Part shown: piece after piece, positions 11,801 through 22,700 of the stretch
How positions within the stretch are numbered: position 1 is the stretch's first letter
Layout of the letters: every line of letters begins with the position of its first letter
NCBI GenBank assembly: GCA_000091205.1
Contig: AP006489.2
Source: Cyanidioschyzon merolae
Lineage: Eukaryota
DNA length: 64,000 nt
Strand: one strand, 5' to 3'
Notes under the pieces: model-generated
Told to the model about the DNA's origin: nothing
Databases searched by the model: none
Seen by the model: the letters and a program-made list of their open reading frames with translations, nothing else
Made by a program: the position numbers and the translations under genes

Positions 11801-12403
11801 CTCAGCCAAAAGCGTATTAATTTCCTCGACCTTGCGCTGTTTTTTCTCGATAGTCCGAAGCGCAGCTGTCTTCTTGGCCTCGTACATACTGGTACCGGCA
11901 GCCTCTTCGAGCATACTCAACAGCTCGAGTGGCTTCATCTGAATGACTTTGGTGATGCGCCCCTGCATGATCAAAAAGTGCGGATTGTTCACATTCAATT
12001 GTACCGAGTGAAACAGGTTTTGAACCTTCGCAGGTTGCGCCACGTGCCCGTTGACGAGGTACTTGCTGCGTCCACCGAGCGCCACTTGACGGGTCACGGT
12101 TATCTCGGGAGAGTCCTCGTAGCCGACCGGGGACGACGACGCGTCGGTGTTGTCGAATACCAGCGTCACAGACGCACGCTGGACACCGGCCTGCCCGTTC
12201 TTATAGATAAGCTCGTGAAGCCCATTGACCCGCAGCGACTGCAGATGCGTCATGCCCAGCACGAAGCATATGGCGTCCAGTATGGCCGACTTGCCACTGC
12301 CGTTTGGTCCACTAATTGAGTTGAAGTGTGGATCTAATCCGGATAAAACCATCCTATGCGCATAGGATTTGAACCCATCCAAAATAATCTCTTTTAAATA
12401 CAT
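8876..12403 (-). CDS. SMC2: Condensin subunit SMC2 (structural maintenance of chromosomes 2)
   Basis: The N-terminus 'MYLKEIILDGFKSYAHRMVLSGLDPHFNSISGPNGSGKSAILDAICFVLG...NPHFLIMQGRITKV' is the canonical SMC2 head with Walker A. Long coiled coils, a hinge and the C-terminal head ('LSGGQRSLVALSLVLAML', 'YILDEIDAALD') follow. An uninterrupted 1175 aa ORF ends in a poly-Thr/Ser/Ala tail. Confidence 0.95.
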   Translation of the reverse strand: MYLKEIILDGFKSYAHRMVLSGLDPHFNSISGPNGSGKSAILDAICFVLGMTHLQSLRVNGLHELIYKNGQAGVQRASVTLVFDNTDASSSPVGYEDSPEITVTRQVALGGRSKYLVNGHVAQPAKVQNLFHSVQLNVNNPHFLIMQGRITKVIQMKPLELLSMLEEAAGTSMYEAKKTAALRTIEKKQRKVEEINTLLAEEITPSLVKLRDERERFLHWSANNAEIERLRRIVALQAYAQAREHVKQLEQDRAQLVAQIEKHEAEQAQNHEAINALRAESHGAKRSQHDREARQLQQQEKELAALDRELVKERARRDHLRASLTREQAQQTEMIEAQEHLTKTLEQLTARIETFEPQVEKRRLEARAANDKWQTLSEASAFRSRTELITSTRQQLALARTEEETTKIALAGAKSELEKHAKRATAVRALESELAKAEKAVSSVKLQLHELDYDQHGAEKLRKLRQSEEQAVHSLRDQLDRLSARLAAIDFTYQNPEPAFESSRVKGVVARLVQLVHPEYAVAIEITAGSKLFYVIVDNEQTGKLLLERGQLTRRVTMIPLNRIDDKVLEPERVAAARQAGGNLALSLVRFDEALEPAMRYVFGRTLVCDRLDQAKQMAFSEQIRCRTVTKDGDLVDPQGTMTGGSQSAVASLLIQLAELERLRAELQIRERALARTEEDLQNLEQKADQHARLSTELAMKQQAVEAIRERMLAEPLIRYKNEVASLEAQLREQGARRVAAERRLAELDSGADVGAQDLAEAKASAEQLQRLWQDEQAQLARLHQQLESSREELDDVQKRLAQCNETIAQLERDLTEQSNRLEKELEPAYYSQQEALRQRREALSAQAQEHAVRQERLSALASQDEALSLEIKRLRLQLADLDETLANARQQAVALEAEHPNLSCTAGDVSVVDAEEIRRARQQLARLTAENQSLGKRINRRALSLFEKSEQEYQDLMNKKRIIENDKQKIYAAIRSLDEKKRLALEATWQRVNRDLSAIFSTLLPGADARLDRVPESQSMLDGLVLKVAMGNTWKDSLTELSGGQRSLVALSLVLAMLKFKPAPMYILDEIDAALDLSHTQNVGQVIRQSFRDSQFIIVSLKPALFEHANVVFRTKLVQGSSTVTRTVSASRVSTTTTTSSSSSSGQSELHAGPAAAAMDEAVAATTTTTTASA

Positions 12404-12964
12404 GGCTATAGCGGTTGTATGGCGTGACGGTCAAGCCGCACGCACGCGAACAGACAAGTACACGAACGTGCGTTACCGCAACGGTCACGAGGAATTTGAA
12501 ACTGGTACCTGACGCGCGCGGCGATCGCAGGCGCCGCGTCCCTTTGCCTGGTGTCCATTTTGATCAAGAAGGTAAGAAGGTTTGAATATGGACATCATGG
12601 ACTGTGCGCAGCACTCCAGCAGCCGTGTCGCTGCTGCTGTTGCTGCTGCTGCTGTTGGTGCTGCTGCTATAGACGTGCAGTTCGACACCTGGTACACCAA
12701 CTCAGAAGACTTCGAAACGGGTCATTCAACGTCGGTGCACTCATATACGTTTGCACTAATGTCCTAGTGTCCACAAAAAGAGCATTTGCAGGCTTGTTCT
12801 TTGGCTGCTTTCTTTTTTCCCTCTAATAAATTCGACCTGACAAAGCACCCGTTCGTCGTGTAACTTCAGCCCCGTTCTTACCATTACATGGATGTTAATC
12901 GTAGCCTGCAAGTTCTGATTTTGCAGCTTCCTGCTGGTTACATGCATTTCGGGCACTGGTGGAA

Positions 12965-13230
12965 GTGGCGATCAACGATTCACTTGCCAGTTTCGTTCTC
13001 TTGATCCAGAGGCTGAGTACGGCATTCGCTGTGGTGACACGCGTATGTGATTAGGTATTCGCAAATGCCCGCCACGACGCCTCCTTCGAGCGCCGCCCTG
13101 TAGCACATGAATTCTTGCTGCCTGGTTCGGTACAAGAGCCCGACGAGTCCTGTGCACTCACCTGGATGCCGTCCTCTGGTTCCACGCGTGGAGCCGTGCC
13201 CCGCGATCAGGGGCATGTTCGGGGCGATCC
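12965..13230 (-). repeat. Dispersed ~260 bp repeat, copy B of 3
   Basis: The reverse complement aligns with 95-350 (for example 'tgtgctacagggcggcgctcgaaggaggcgtcgtggcgggcat' against 'cgcgctacaggtctgctctcgaaggaggtgttgtagtggacat'). Confidence 0.55.
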
Positions 13231-14578
13231 CGTCAGCGAGGAATTTGTATGCTGCCTGTGCATATGCACGATGTACCATGCCACAGAGGATTGCGGAATA
13301 TGATGTTCTCCATGATGGAGCGCGTACTGGATGGCAACATTCAGGCTGGAGAACAAGTCGATAAATGTCGGTCCGTGGACGAAGCTCCTTCGTCCACAGT
13401 GATAGTGCATCTGCCATTGCAAGCTATCGTTGTGATGCCAGAGACCCGAGTCCGACATCCCTTTCCGCGCAAACTTAACAGACGGGAGCGCGCCTCGGAC
13501 CACATCCTGTGAAAGCATATCATGTCGCAGTCGAATCTGGTATCGTCGGTAGCCACATGAAAGAGGAGATTTTCCTCGGGAACGGAACCAATTATTTGCT
13601 TTGACAATGTCTTCGAAATTGCTGCATGATCTTGTGTACGAGTCGCCAGAACACGATGTCCAGCAACGTGCGTCGTCAATCCAGGGACGCGAACACCAGT
13701 GCCTACAAGCTGTGTTAAGTCGAAAAGCCGAATCCCCGAAGCATACCTCATTTGGGCATGCTGGACGCGGGGTACGGAGAATCATGGATGCCTGTACGAT
13801 TAAAAAACTGAATCATGATATCGAATATGTGATGCAATCCTGTTTTTCACGGATATCGCGAATCAACTTGATGTATTGACTTTACGAACGCCCGCTGCGA
13901 AGAATGCAACAGACCAATTCGATAAGTCGACCACGCATCCTAGAATAACGTTTGGATCCGCAAGCCCTTTTCGTCGCATAGCATCAATGCAATGCCGTCC
14001 ATCTCAGACAAAAGTTTAGAGAAAGCTCGATGACAGGAACGTTACAAGCATCTCAGTGTTCCATGGGAGTCTGACAACCGCAGAGAGCGCTTCAATGAAT
14101 GGAGGCGATCGACGCTGACATGCGAATGCCGCCCGCAATCAAGCTATCAGCGACTTGTTTTCCGCAACCGCGTCCACAAGCCACAAGTTCGGGATCTCTG
14201 CCTCTCTGAAAAATACCAGTTCAGTTGATCTATGCATGTTGTGAGGTATCGAACCTGAAAACGCTTGCCACACGCGAAGAAACACACTGCAACACACTCC
14301 TTCGGGATGCTTCGGGTATTGAGCGGCGCGCCGGGATCGTTACGGCGCCAGCGCGGCGTCTTGTTCGACACGCCTCACAGCGTCTGAACGTTGTAACTTT
14401 TCGTGTCTTTTGACGAGGTCTGTGGGACTTTTGTGGGCTGCAGAACTCGGAGTGGTTTCTTCCGGGTGCCCTGAGGTCGACCGCAAGGTGTCTTTTTTCA
14501 GGACGACGGGACTCGAGCGCAGTCGTTGCTTCGGTTTTTTTTGTGGTGCACAGCAGCTGCTCGCTGTGAAGCTGCACC

Positions 14579-14828
14579 TCTGCTGCCGGTTACGATTCTC
14601 GTTAGTCGAAGCCTTGACTTGAGAGACGAAGAGCTTTCATTGTCTAAGGCTGCCGACAAGTTGATTTTAAGGCTACCAACATAGCTAACGTTCGCTGTAG
14701 AGACGAACCTGTGTTGCCGGTTGCGATTCTCGCTTGTCGAAGCGTCGACTCAAGGGAGAACCCTCACTATCCAAAGCTACCGACAGCTTTCATTGTCTAA
14801 GGCTCCCGTGTCAACGTTCGCTTTAGAG
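14579..14828 (+). repeat. Two tandem copies of a ~125 bp diverged unit immediately upstream of the HRD1 start codon
   Basis: Unit 1 (14579-14702) and unit 2 (14709-14828) are about 80% identical. Both contain 'gccggtt(a/g)cgattctcg...tgtcgaagc' and 'agctttcattgtctaaggct'. The array ends 10 bp before the ATG at 14839. Confidence 0.75.
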
Positions 14829-14838
14829 CTGCATCGCG

Positions 14839-16554
14839 GTGCGTACCTCGACGGACGATATGCGTAGCACCGCAAAGTACGCCGCTATCTCATACTGTGC
14901 GATAGGTTTGATTCTAGGTCATGCTTGGCTGACGCAACCGAACTTTTACCGCGCAACGGCCTACCTTTACAACTCAAAGACTGCCAGGTTTTCCGCGGTG
15001 AATGCTGGGCTCGTCTCGCTCTACCTTGTCGGCCAGCTTGTGCAGCGTCTTCTGCTCGGTGAACTGCGTCTGGTAGAAGCGGAGCGCCTGCACTTGCGAG
15101 CACGCGAATCATTGGTGGAAATGTTCCTTGCGATGACTGTCTTCTCCCGAACAGATTTCCATGCACGGTTTCTCTGCATGTTCGCATGGACCTTTTTTTT
15201 GAAGGTTTTCCATTGGCTCAGCCAGGAACGCCTGGGATACGTTGAGCAACAAGTTATCATGCTCAGCCGTCCGCGCCTGACGCACGCTCGCCTAGTCGTA
15301 CTCTTTTGCTGGTTATTTGTTACCGACGCCTGCATGCTCTGGCACTGTTTACACTTCACGAGCACAAACGGCCCGTCGATCATGGCCATGTTCGCTTTCG
15401 AGTACGCGATTTTGCTAATTGGCCTCCTCAGTCAGATCGTTCGCTATGTTGTCTTCATAATAGACGTGTTTGTGTTAACGGAAGGCACCTGGGACGACAA
15501 AGGTCTCTGGCTTTTTTATAATGAGCTACTCTCCCTGTTTCTGCAGCTGGCTGCATACCTTGCGTTTTTCACCTATGTGCATTTATTCTACAGTCTTCCG
15601 CTGCACATTCTGCGAGACCTAGCAGTGACAGCCCGCACCTTCCGACAGAGGCTCATCGAGTTCATTCGCTATCGCCAAGTGGTGCGATCCATGCACACCC
15701 AGTTCCCGAACGCTACAGAGCAAGAGCTAGCCGCCGGCGACCGAACTTGCATCATCTGTCGCGAGGAGATGTTCGGTGGTGCTGGTGCTAAGAAACTCGT
15801 CTGCGGCCACATTTTCCATCTGCGATGCCTCCGCTCCTGGATGGAACGCAGCATGAGCTGCCCGACGTGCCGGCGAGATATACGTCCTCTGCGGGCGCCA
15901 ACAACGAGTGCACGTCCCACTGCTTCATCTGGTGCCGCTACGCACCACGACGACGGAGCGCGGCGAAACGCTCCGGGTAGCCTCAGTACGCGGCCGCAAC
16001 GAGGCGCGACTGCGCCCATCGAAGCGCCAGCGACGGCTGCACGACGGGTCGACACGTCAGCAGTGCCGGCGAGTACGCAGCAGCGAATGCGCCCTTCGAC
16101 GGCATCTGCCGACAGGGAGGCTTCCGATCCGGAGCATCTCTCCAGAAACGAATGGAATGCACATTCTGGGCGTCCGCCGTGGACCACAGCACGCTTAACG
16201 GAGATGCCGCCACCGTCGTCGTCAACGTCAACGCCAGCACCACCACCACCGTCGTCGCCGCCACCACCACCACCACCTCCTCCTCAGTTGCTTGCGGTGC
16301 TCGAATATATCGCACAGACAGCACCGCATGCCGACGTGCAGTGTTCCCCGCTGCCACCGACGAGCACCCCAGCCCAACCGACTCGAACGCATACCACACC
16401 GGCATCGTACGCGCGCCCTCGAAGTGCAACTATCGAAGATGCCCGTCGACTACAACGGCAGTTGGATGATCTCTCTAGTGTGATGCGTAATCTCATTGAA
16501 CGACTCGAGCACGAGCTTGAGGACAGGGACGCGGAGCAAATCGAGCGTCGTTGA
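14839..16554 (+). CDS. HRD1: ER-associated degradation E3 ubiquitin ligase HRD1/synoviolin (multi-pass membrane, RING-H2)
   Basis: The N-terminal transmembrane region aligns with HRD1 ('FLKVFHWLSQERLGYVEQ', 'FAFEYAILLIGLLSQIVRYV'). The RING-H2 'CIICREEM...KLVCGHIFHLRCLRSWMERSMSCPTCR' follows, then a Pro-rich tail. Confidence 0.88.
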   Translation: MRTSTDDMRSTAKYAAISYCAIGLILGHAWLTQPNFYRATAYLYNSKTARFSAVNAGLVSLYLVGQLVQRLLLGELRLVEAERLHLRARESLVEMFLAMTVFSRTDFHARFLCMFAWTFFLKVFHWLSQERLGYVEQQVIMLSRPRLTHARLVVLFCWLFVTDACMLWHCLHFTSTNGPSIMAMFAFEYAILLIGLLSQIVRYVVFIIDVFVLTEGTWDDKGLWLFYNELLSLFLQLAAYLAFFTYVHLFYSLPLHILRDLAVTARTFRQRLIEFIRYRQVVRSMHTQFPNATEQELAAGDRTCIICREEMFGGAGAKKLVCGHIFHLRCLRSWMERSMSCPTCRRDIRPLRAPTTSARPTASSGAATHHDDGARRNAPGSLSTRPQRGATAPIEAPATAARRVDTSAVPASTQQRMRPSTASADREASDPEHLSRNEWNAHSGRPPWTTARLTEMPPPSSSTSTPAPPPPSSPPPPPPPPPQLLAVLEYIAQTAPHADVQCSPLPPTSTPAQPTRTHTTPASYARPRSATIEDARRLQRQLDDLSSVMRNLIERLEHELEDRDAEQIERR

Positions 16555-19500
16555 AGCACGCTTTTCCCCAGGGCTTCTGGACATCTGCGCGCCCTCGCGA
16601 AGCGTCACTTTCATGCGCTCCGCTGCACTGTCCACTCGGGGTCCTTCTAGGTTTCAAGATGCTCGCTGTATGCCCTTGGGGAAGGGGTAGCGTCACGGTG
16701 CGGCCGTAGAGCGGCGGTCGCTGTGAGCGCCCGCTCGGGAAGTGACGGCCCCGCGTTGCTCCCTTTTTGTGCCTAAACCCGAACGTCGATGATATGCTTC
16801 CCGGATGAAGACCGAATGAGTACGCCTTTGCGGAATCGAGTGTCGCAGCCACGGCAGCCGTCCAGAGCCGTGCTGTGCTGCTGAACACTCAGCGATGCGC
16901 ATGGCTTCAGGTTCTCGACCTCAGTTCGGTGCCGCTCACTCCACCACTTGTATTCCCTGTGCACTCTGCTCTGCCGTCTAACAGCAGAGCAGCCAGCCGC
17001 GTGTCGACCTGGGGTTCGCTTGACTCGACGCCAGTCGGTTCTAGGCGCTCAGACATCGGCGCTGCCTCCCGCGGTTCAGAGCGAGCTCTGTCTAGGTCTA
17101 CGGGGTTTCTGAAACCGGCACTCTCCATCTTTCGGAAACACCAAAGTTGGAAGCTCTCGAATACGTGCGGTCTCGACCGCTGCGATCCGTCTGCGAGCAC
17201 CTGCGGTGGTGGATGGATGAAGAGCACAGCAAACGCTGCGCTGCACACCGTAGCGAGCATGGTCACCGCCCGCAGCACCCGGTGTGTCCGCGGAAAGCCT
17301 GCTGGAGGGTCCACCAGTTCGCCCAACGGCTCTGAAGGCGTTTCTAAACGCTTCCAGCCCATGGAGCAGGCCACCACCTCAGACCAAACGTCTCCTGTCT
17401 CAAAGAAGGCGCTGCAAATGCTTGCGCTTCAGGTGGTGCAGCAGCGACGCGAGCCGGGATGCCCGTTCGTTTTTCAGCGTCTCGGGCCAGTGCGCCTGAC
17501 CAGACGCTCATGCAACCAAGTCAGAGGATGATGAGACCGGTCTACCAGCTCCGACTTGCATACTAAAGTGCAGGTCTGCTTCTTATGTCATCAGTACCGT
17601 CCATTGGGGGCTATTTTTGTCGAACGCTCCATTTTTCGCCGCTCGTGCATCCGGTTCTTGAGGAGCCGGTCGCTGACGTCGCTCCAGCTCCGGTGTCAGC
17701 TGTCGAAAGCTGATCATCGGAGCGTCGAGGTCACGATTCTGTTGCGTTCGACTGTTGTCAAGGTGCTCTATGCACGGATGGTGTCTGCGATTCACGAGCA
17801 CTCTGGTATGCACCCTCGATACCCGCTCCGCGGCTGCTATGCTTGGCTATGGCCAAGTCCTTCCATATGTCCACCATATCCGCTGGTCAGAGCGTCAGTC
17901 TGAGCTGAACGAACGCTTGCTTTTTCGCCCAGCATATATCCCTGAGGATTACAGAGAGAGCATGCATCACTCGATGCGCTTCTCTGTCAACGCACCCGGT
18001 GCCGTGCTCCGGGATCGCGGGCTTCTTCTGCGGACATCTCCTCGGCGAGGACATTGTCTTATGCACGCGCAAGCGCATGCTGTTCCATTCGATAGAGGAT
18101 ATGTGGAATCCGACGTCGTCCATGACGATACATGTACCGAGAGGAAAATCCAGGCTGGAGGCCAAACCCGTGAATTTGTATCCGTCTCCTGCTTTATACC
18201 TGGGAATCGATGTCGCACGCTCCACTAGCAGCGATCGCTGGAATGAAAAAAAAGCACGGCTCCAGGGCGCTCTTCACCGGAAATAGAAGAGAAGGAAGTC
18301 ACAGGAAGCGTATCCCCTGAACGGCATCACATGGCTGTCGAATGCAGTTTCGTCGGTAGATAGAAACACGGGAGGATTTGTCTTTCGAACGGAATCGATT
18401 ATCTGACGTTACACGATCAGTGAATTTTCCGGATGATCTTGTGATCAAGTCGTCAAGTGACCATGTGCAGTTTTTGTTCCTCGAAAATCGAGCAGCACAA
18501 GTCGCTGATCCCACGCGCTCCCCTGAAGCAGAAGAATCGACGAATAGAAAAATACCTGATTAGAGTATGGCATACGTAAGGAAAGCAGAAGCGTGGAGAC
18601 ACTTACCTCCTTGTCGAATCGTTATATGCCGGTTACATTTAGGAACTCTTGTTCGATAGCTTTGTGAATCATTCTGATTCCAGCGACGTAATGAATTCCA
18701 ACGAAAAGGCATCGAAAGAGCCATTTTGAAAATACGACCGAGCATCCTAAAATAACGTATGAAGCCGTACGCCCCGATTGCTCCACTTGGACCATGGATG
18801 CTATGCATCTGACACTAGTTCCAGAAACAAGTCACAAGGTAGGAATAAAACACCCAGGTCAGTGTCCCATGGTTATCAAACACGGCTGTCGCTTGACCTC
18901 CTAGCGCTGAGCAGCGCAACCACACGACAAGGCCCCCAGACGTGTATCGCTAGACCGCTTTGAAGGCTACTGGTCTGTCTCCGCGGCATTCGAGCCCAGC
19001 CCTGCATACACGCCTGTGGCGCTCTCGCGGGCTAGGGTCTCAGGTCAATACCGAGCGGTATGCGTAGGAGCAATATCACGAACGATGCCCGGAACGCTAC
19101 ACTAGCAACGCCCTCTGAGATCCAGGGAAACTTGGTTTTTTTTCGAGTCCAAGACGTAGCATCTGTCACTGATGGATCTCCTGTTGCTCTGTGCGGTAAA
19201 ACCTGGTGCGCTGTTGTGTCTGCCGTTTACGTAGGCATCTCTTCGTGATTAGGGAGTAGGAATGCTACGCAGAAAGCACCTTCCTGAAGCATGGCGTTCG
19301 CTGCACGACGAGTTTCTGAAGCGAAGCTACCGGCGCATAGGCGTACCAGGTATGCACCAAAAGACTCCAAAAACGCTCCATTAATTCTAGATTTTCTTCA
19401 TCAAACGCTCATTCTGGGTTAGAGATCGTCTCTAGATCCGTGTCGACGGACACGGAACACTGCTGCAGACCCGCGTGTTCTTTCCGCAACACCTGTTGAC

Positions 19501-19722
19501 GTGCTGGAAGGCCTCGCTGAGGCTGCGTAACTGGCGACACGCGTCGCCGCTTGAACAGCGTTCCTAGCAGTAAGCTCGTTTCCAATTGATCGGTTTCATG
19601 GAACTGCAATTCAGACCGAGTACCGTTGCCTAAAACGAGCACTCGTTTACCTGGCTCCGCCCTATGGATGTCTTTTCGTGAAAACGCGCGTCCACAAGCG
19701 CCCACTGCCTTGTTCGCGCGCT

Positions 19723-22700
19723 TTACGCTTGATGCCCAGCGAGGTGAACGAGCTCAGCACGTCCGCTCTGTAACCAGGTGACATAGACCCGGTGCTCAGC
19801 GTCCCGAACATGCAGCTCTTTCACATTGAGCGATACCAGGGGGCCGTGAAACACCTGTGCGGCCTGGTTGTCGGCCTGGGCCTCGGGGGAGCCGCTCGCG
19901 AGCCCCACGTAGACAGCCCCCGAGGTACTGCCCTTGGGTAGGACTCGAACCGCGACCTGGTCGCCTCTGTGCAACTGCATACCGCGATAGAAGAGCGTGC
20001 CCCGGGAGACAAACGCATCGGGGTCACCGCCGACGGGAAACTCAGGCATAGGGATCGGCTTTTCGTCAGCAGGTACCGCTGTTACCGCTGAAGGTTGCGC
20101 GGCAGCGATATCCGGTGTTCCAGGGCTCAGCGCTGTACCTGGGTGCCCAGCGTCACCGGTGTTCACACGAGGCTCAGAAACCTGCGGAGTACGTGGAGAC
20201 GCTGAACGCTCCGGTGCATTATCCGGCACTGGAGCGGGAGCGACCGCCTCCACCGCAAACTGGTTCGCTTCGCGTGTCGAAGCATGCTGCGTCTGCAGCG
20301 GGGCAGCAGCACCTGCGACTCGTCCAGAGGAGGTATCGCTCTTCGCCACGGACGAGTCTGGCGCTTTGTCTGCCGCTGATTCGTTGGGTGCAGATTCCGA
20401 TTTCAGCGGTCTCGTCATCGCAGGAGAGGACGCTAGAGAGCGCCCGGCTTGTTCAGCGTTGTGCTCGAAGCCTGGATGTACCGTACTGGAGACAGTTCCT
20501 ACATTCGATCGCGGAGCAGCGGTAGAACTCGAAGACGACGATACGTCGTTTTCGGGCTCCGGTGGTGGGTGCACTGGCCTCTTGTCCCTGGCCGATGTTG
20601 GCGGTTTGCGTACCTTGTTCGTGCTGGGCCGCGGCGGCACCCCGGCGTTGGAGCCACGATCACCAGCACCAGTGGGTTCCAGCGGGGGCCGCTTCCGAGG
20701 TCGACCACGCTTCCCCGTTGAACGTGCATCCGATGAGGTACCAGCGTCGTGTGCGCCTGCCGAGCCTCGTGCTGCTTTCGGTGCAGCAACATGTCCGGAC
20801 GTTGGCGTAGTAGAAGCAGCAGTAGCAACAGTAGTAGTAGCAGAGCGTCCGACGGCGCCAGTCCGCGGCTGCTCCGGCGGCAGTTCTCGAGTCGCATTCC
20901 CGGGCCGTGCTCCCAAGCGGTGTGCGGGTTGGTCGCGCTGTACCAGACCAACCGCTAGACGAGAGCGCTGTTTCTGGTCATTCCAGTCGATACCCAAGTC
21001 ACCGGCAGCAGACAACGAACCGTTTCCGATGGCTGCCGTGCCAGCTGCTGGAGCTCGGTGCGCGCTCGACTGGGTCCCGGTCTCGGCGATGCTGCTGCGC
21101 TCGTGCGAATGTCGAGCTCCAGTGGACTGCCGGTTAGAGGCGCGAGCCCGAGCGCCCGTTTGGCGACCAGTTGGACCGCTCGGTGCTCGACCGGCGCTGG
21201 TCAGCAGCTGGCCGTCTGTAGCGGTTTCGTTTCCAGAGGCACCAGGGGCGCGCCCAGCATGCGCGTTGCCCGCCTTAGCTCTACGACGCAAGGCGGTGAT
21301 CGCTCGCTGGACTTCACGGAGGTCGTCGGAAGCCTCGCCAGGCTCCAGACCCAGACTCACTGGACGACGTTCCAGCAGCAAGAGGCTCTCTTCTGGCGTC
21401 AGGTTCGCAGCCGTACCCATTGCAGCCGGGGAAGCGCCTCGTGGGCGTGCGGGTAACAGTTGATAGGGGACACCAGCAAAACCCGGTGGAATCATAACCG
21501 GCGGTTGGCCGAAAAGCACCATAGGATCCCGGTCCAGCTGACAAGCGATTCGATACCGTCGTTGTCGTTGAAACGCTGCTTCCAGCAGGCGCTCTCGAAG
21601 CGACTCCTCCGCCACCAGGTACTGGTGCTCGACTTCCCGGAAACGAGCTTGCGCGTACTTGTGCAAATACGCTTGCTGTAGTTCAAAGTTCCGTTGGATT
21701 CGATTTTCTAAAGCATATCGCCGTCGTTCCAAGTCCACCAGATCCGCAATGAACATATGAGCCAAAGCAAAAGAATCAGCGTATTCCTTGGGGGTTTCCG
21801 CTGCCAGTGCGCCAATGGTTTGTTTCACGAGCTCCATGACCTGTTGTTGAGCCATCTCGAGGCCATTTGTGCCATCACAACTGTTCGCTCGTACCATCTC
21901 ATCAGTTGAAATGGATCCCTCATTTGACTGGGTCTTTGGAACGGTGGCAGTGTCGGCTGCTGCATCAGCCGCAGCGTCCTCATTGACAGCCACCGGTGCT
22001 GAGACAACAGGTTGCCCGCCCGTGTCCTCTACCGCGAAACTGGGCAGTGTTTGCGCTATGCGTACGAGAAGTTCAGCTTCTTCTCGAACGCGTGCTAATG
22101 CTCTCTCTAGCTCGAGCTGTTGCTTTGCACGTTCTTCTACGGATAGGGCTGCAATCGACGCAGCGTTCTCGTCCTCTGCAACTGAACCTTCGCAAGGACC
22201 AGAAGCAGGAGCAGTAGAGCGGGCAGCGCCTGGAGCATTGGCGGATGGTGCGGCACGGCTTGTGCGTCCCGTTGTTTCCGCTCGAGATGCATTCAGTGTC
22301 GATTCACTCGAGAATGCCTCATCATCATCATCATCATCATCATCACCATCGTCACCTGCATCATGATCTGTACCGATGCTGGTTTCCGATACCGAAGCAG
22401 ATCCTGAGGCTGTCTGCTTCTCTGCGGTTCGTTCGGTCAACGCTCGTGTACTGGCACGAGCAGCTCGTTTCGCAGCGCTCTGCGAGGCTTGCCCGCTCCG
22501 ACGCGAGCGCCGAAGACCCACCAGCACCGCCATGGCATCCTTGCCAGACCGCTGAGCAAGTTGCTCCGACGAACTAGAGTCCTCATCAGCGGACTGGTGC
22601 TGCTCCGCTGCGGGCATGTGGACTGACGCTGCCTTTCCCTGAGACGAGTGCCCTTTTGCTCGCTCTCTGGTGCTGGACGTCTGACGAAGGTTTCGTCGCA

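Noticed and set aside
9044-12319. Multiple 100-190 aa plus-strand ORFs inside the SMC2 locus
   Set aside because: They are antisense to a confidently identified 1175-aa SMC2 CDS. High GC keeps the opposite strand open, and they have no homology signal.
12980-13785. Minus-strand ORFs 12980..13417 and 13207..13785 as a gene
   Set aside because: The downstream ORF is largely composed of the ~260 bp dispersed repeat (copy B). It has no recognisable domain and a Cys/Arg/His-rich composition typical of GC-rich non-coding sequence. I treat it as repeat-derived.
19925-19965. Reverse-strand 'ggactcgaacc' T-loop-like motif
   Set aside because: It lies inside the long minus-strand CDS 19723-22923, and the flanking sequence does not form T or acceptor stems.
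19997-21463. 488-aa plus-strand ORF
   Set aside because: It is an antisense shadow of the GC-rich low-complexity gene on the minus strand. It has a Gly/Ala/Arg-rich composition with no domain and is fully nested in the better-supported opposite-strand ORF.
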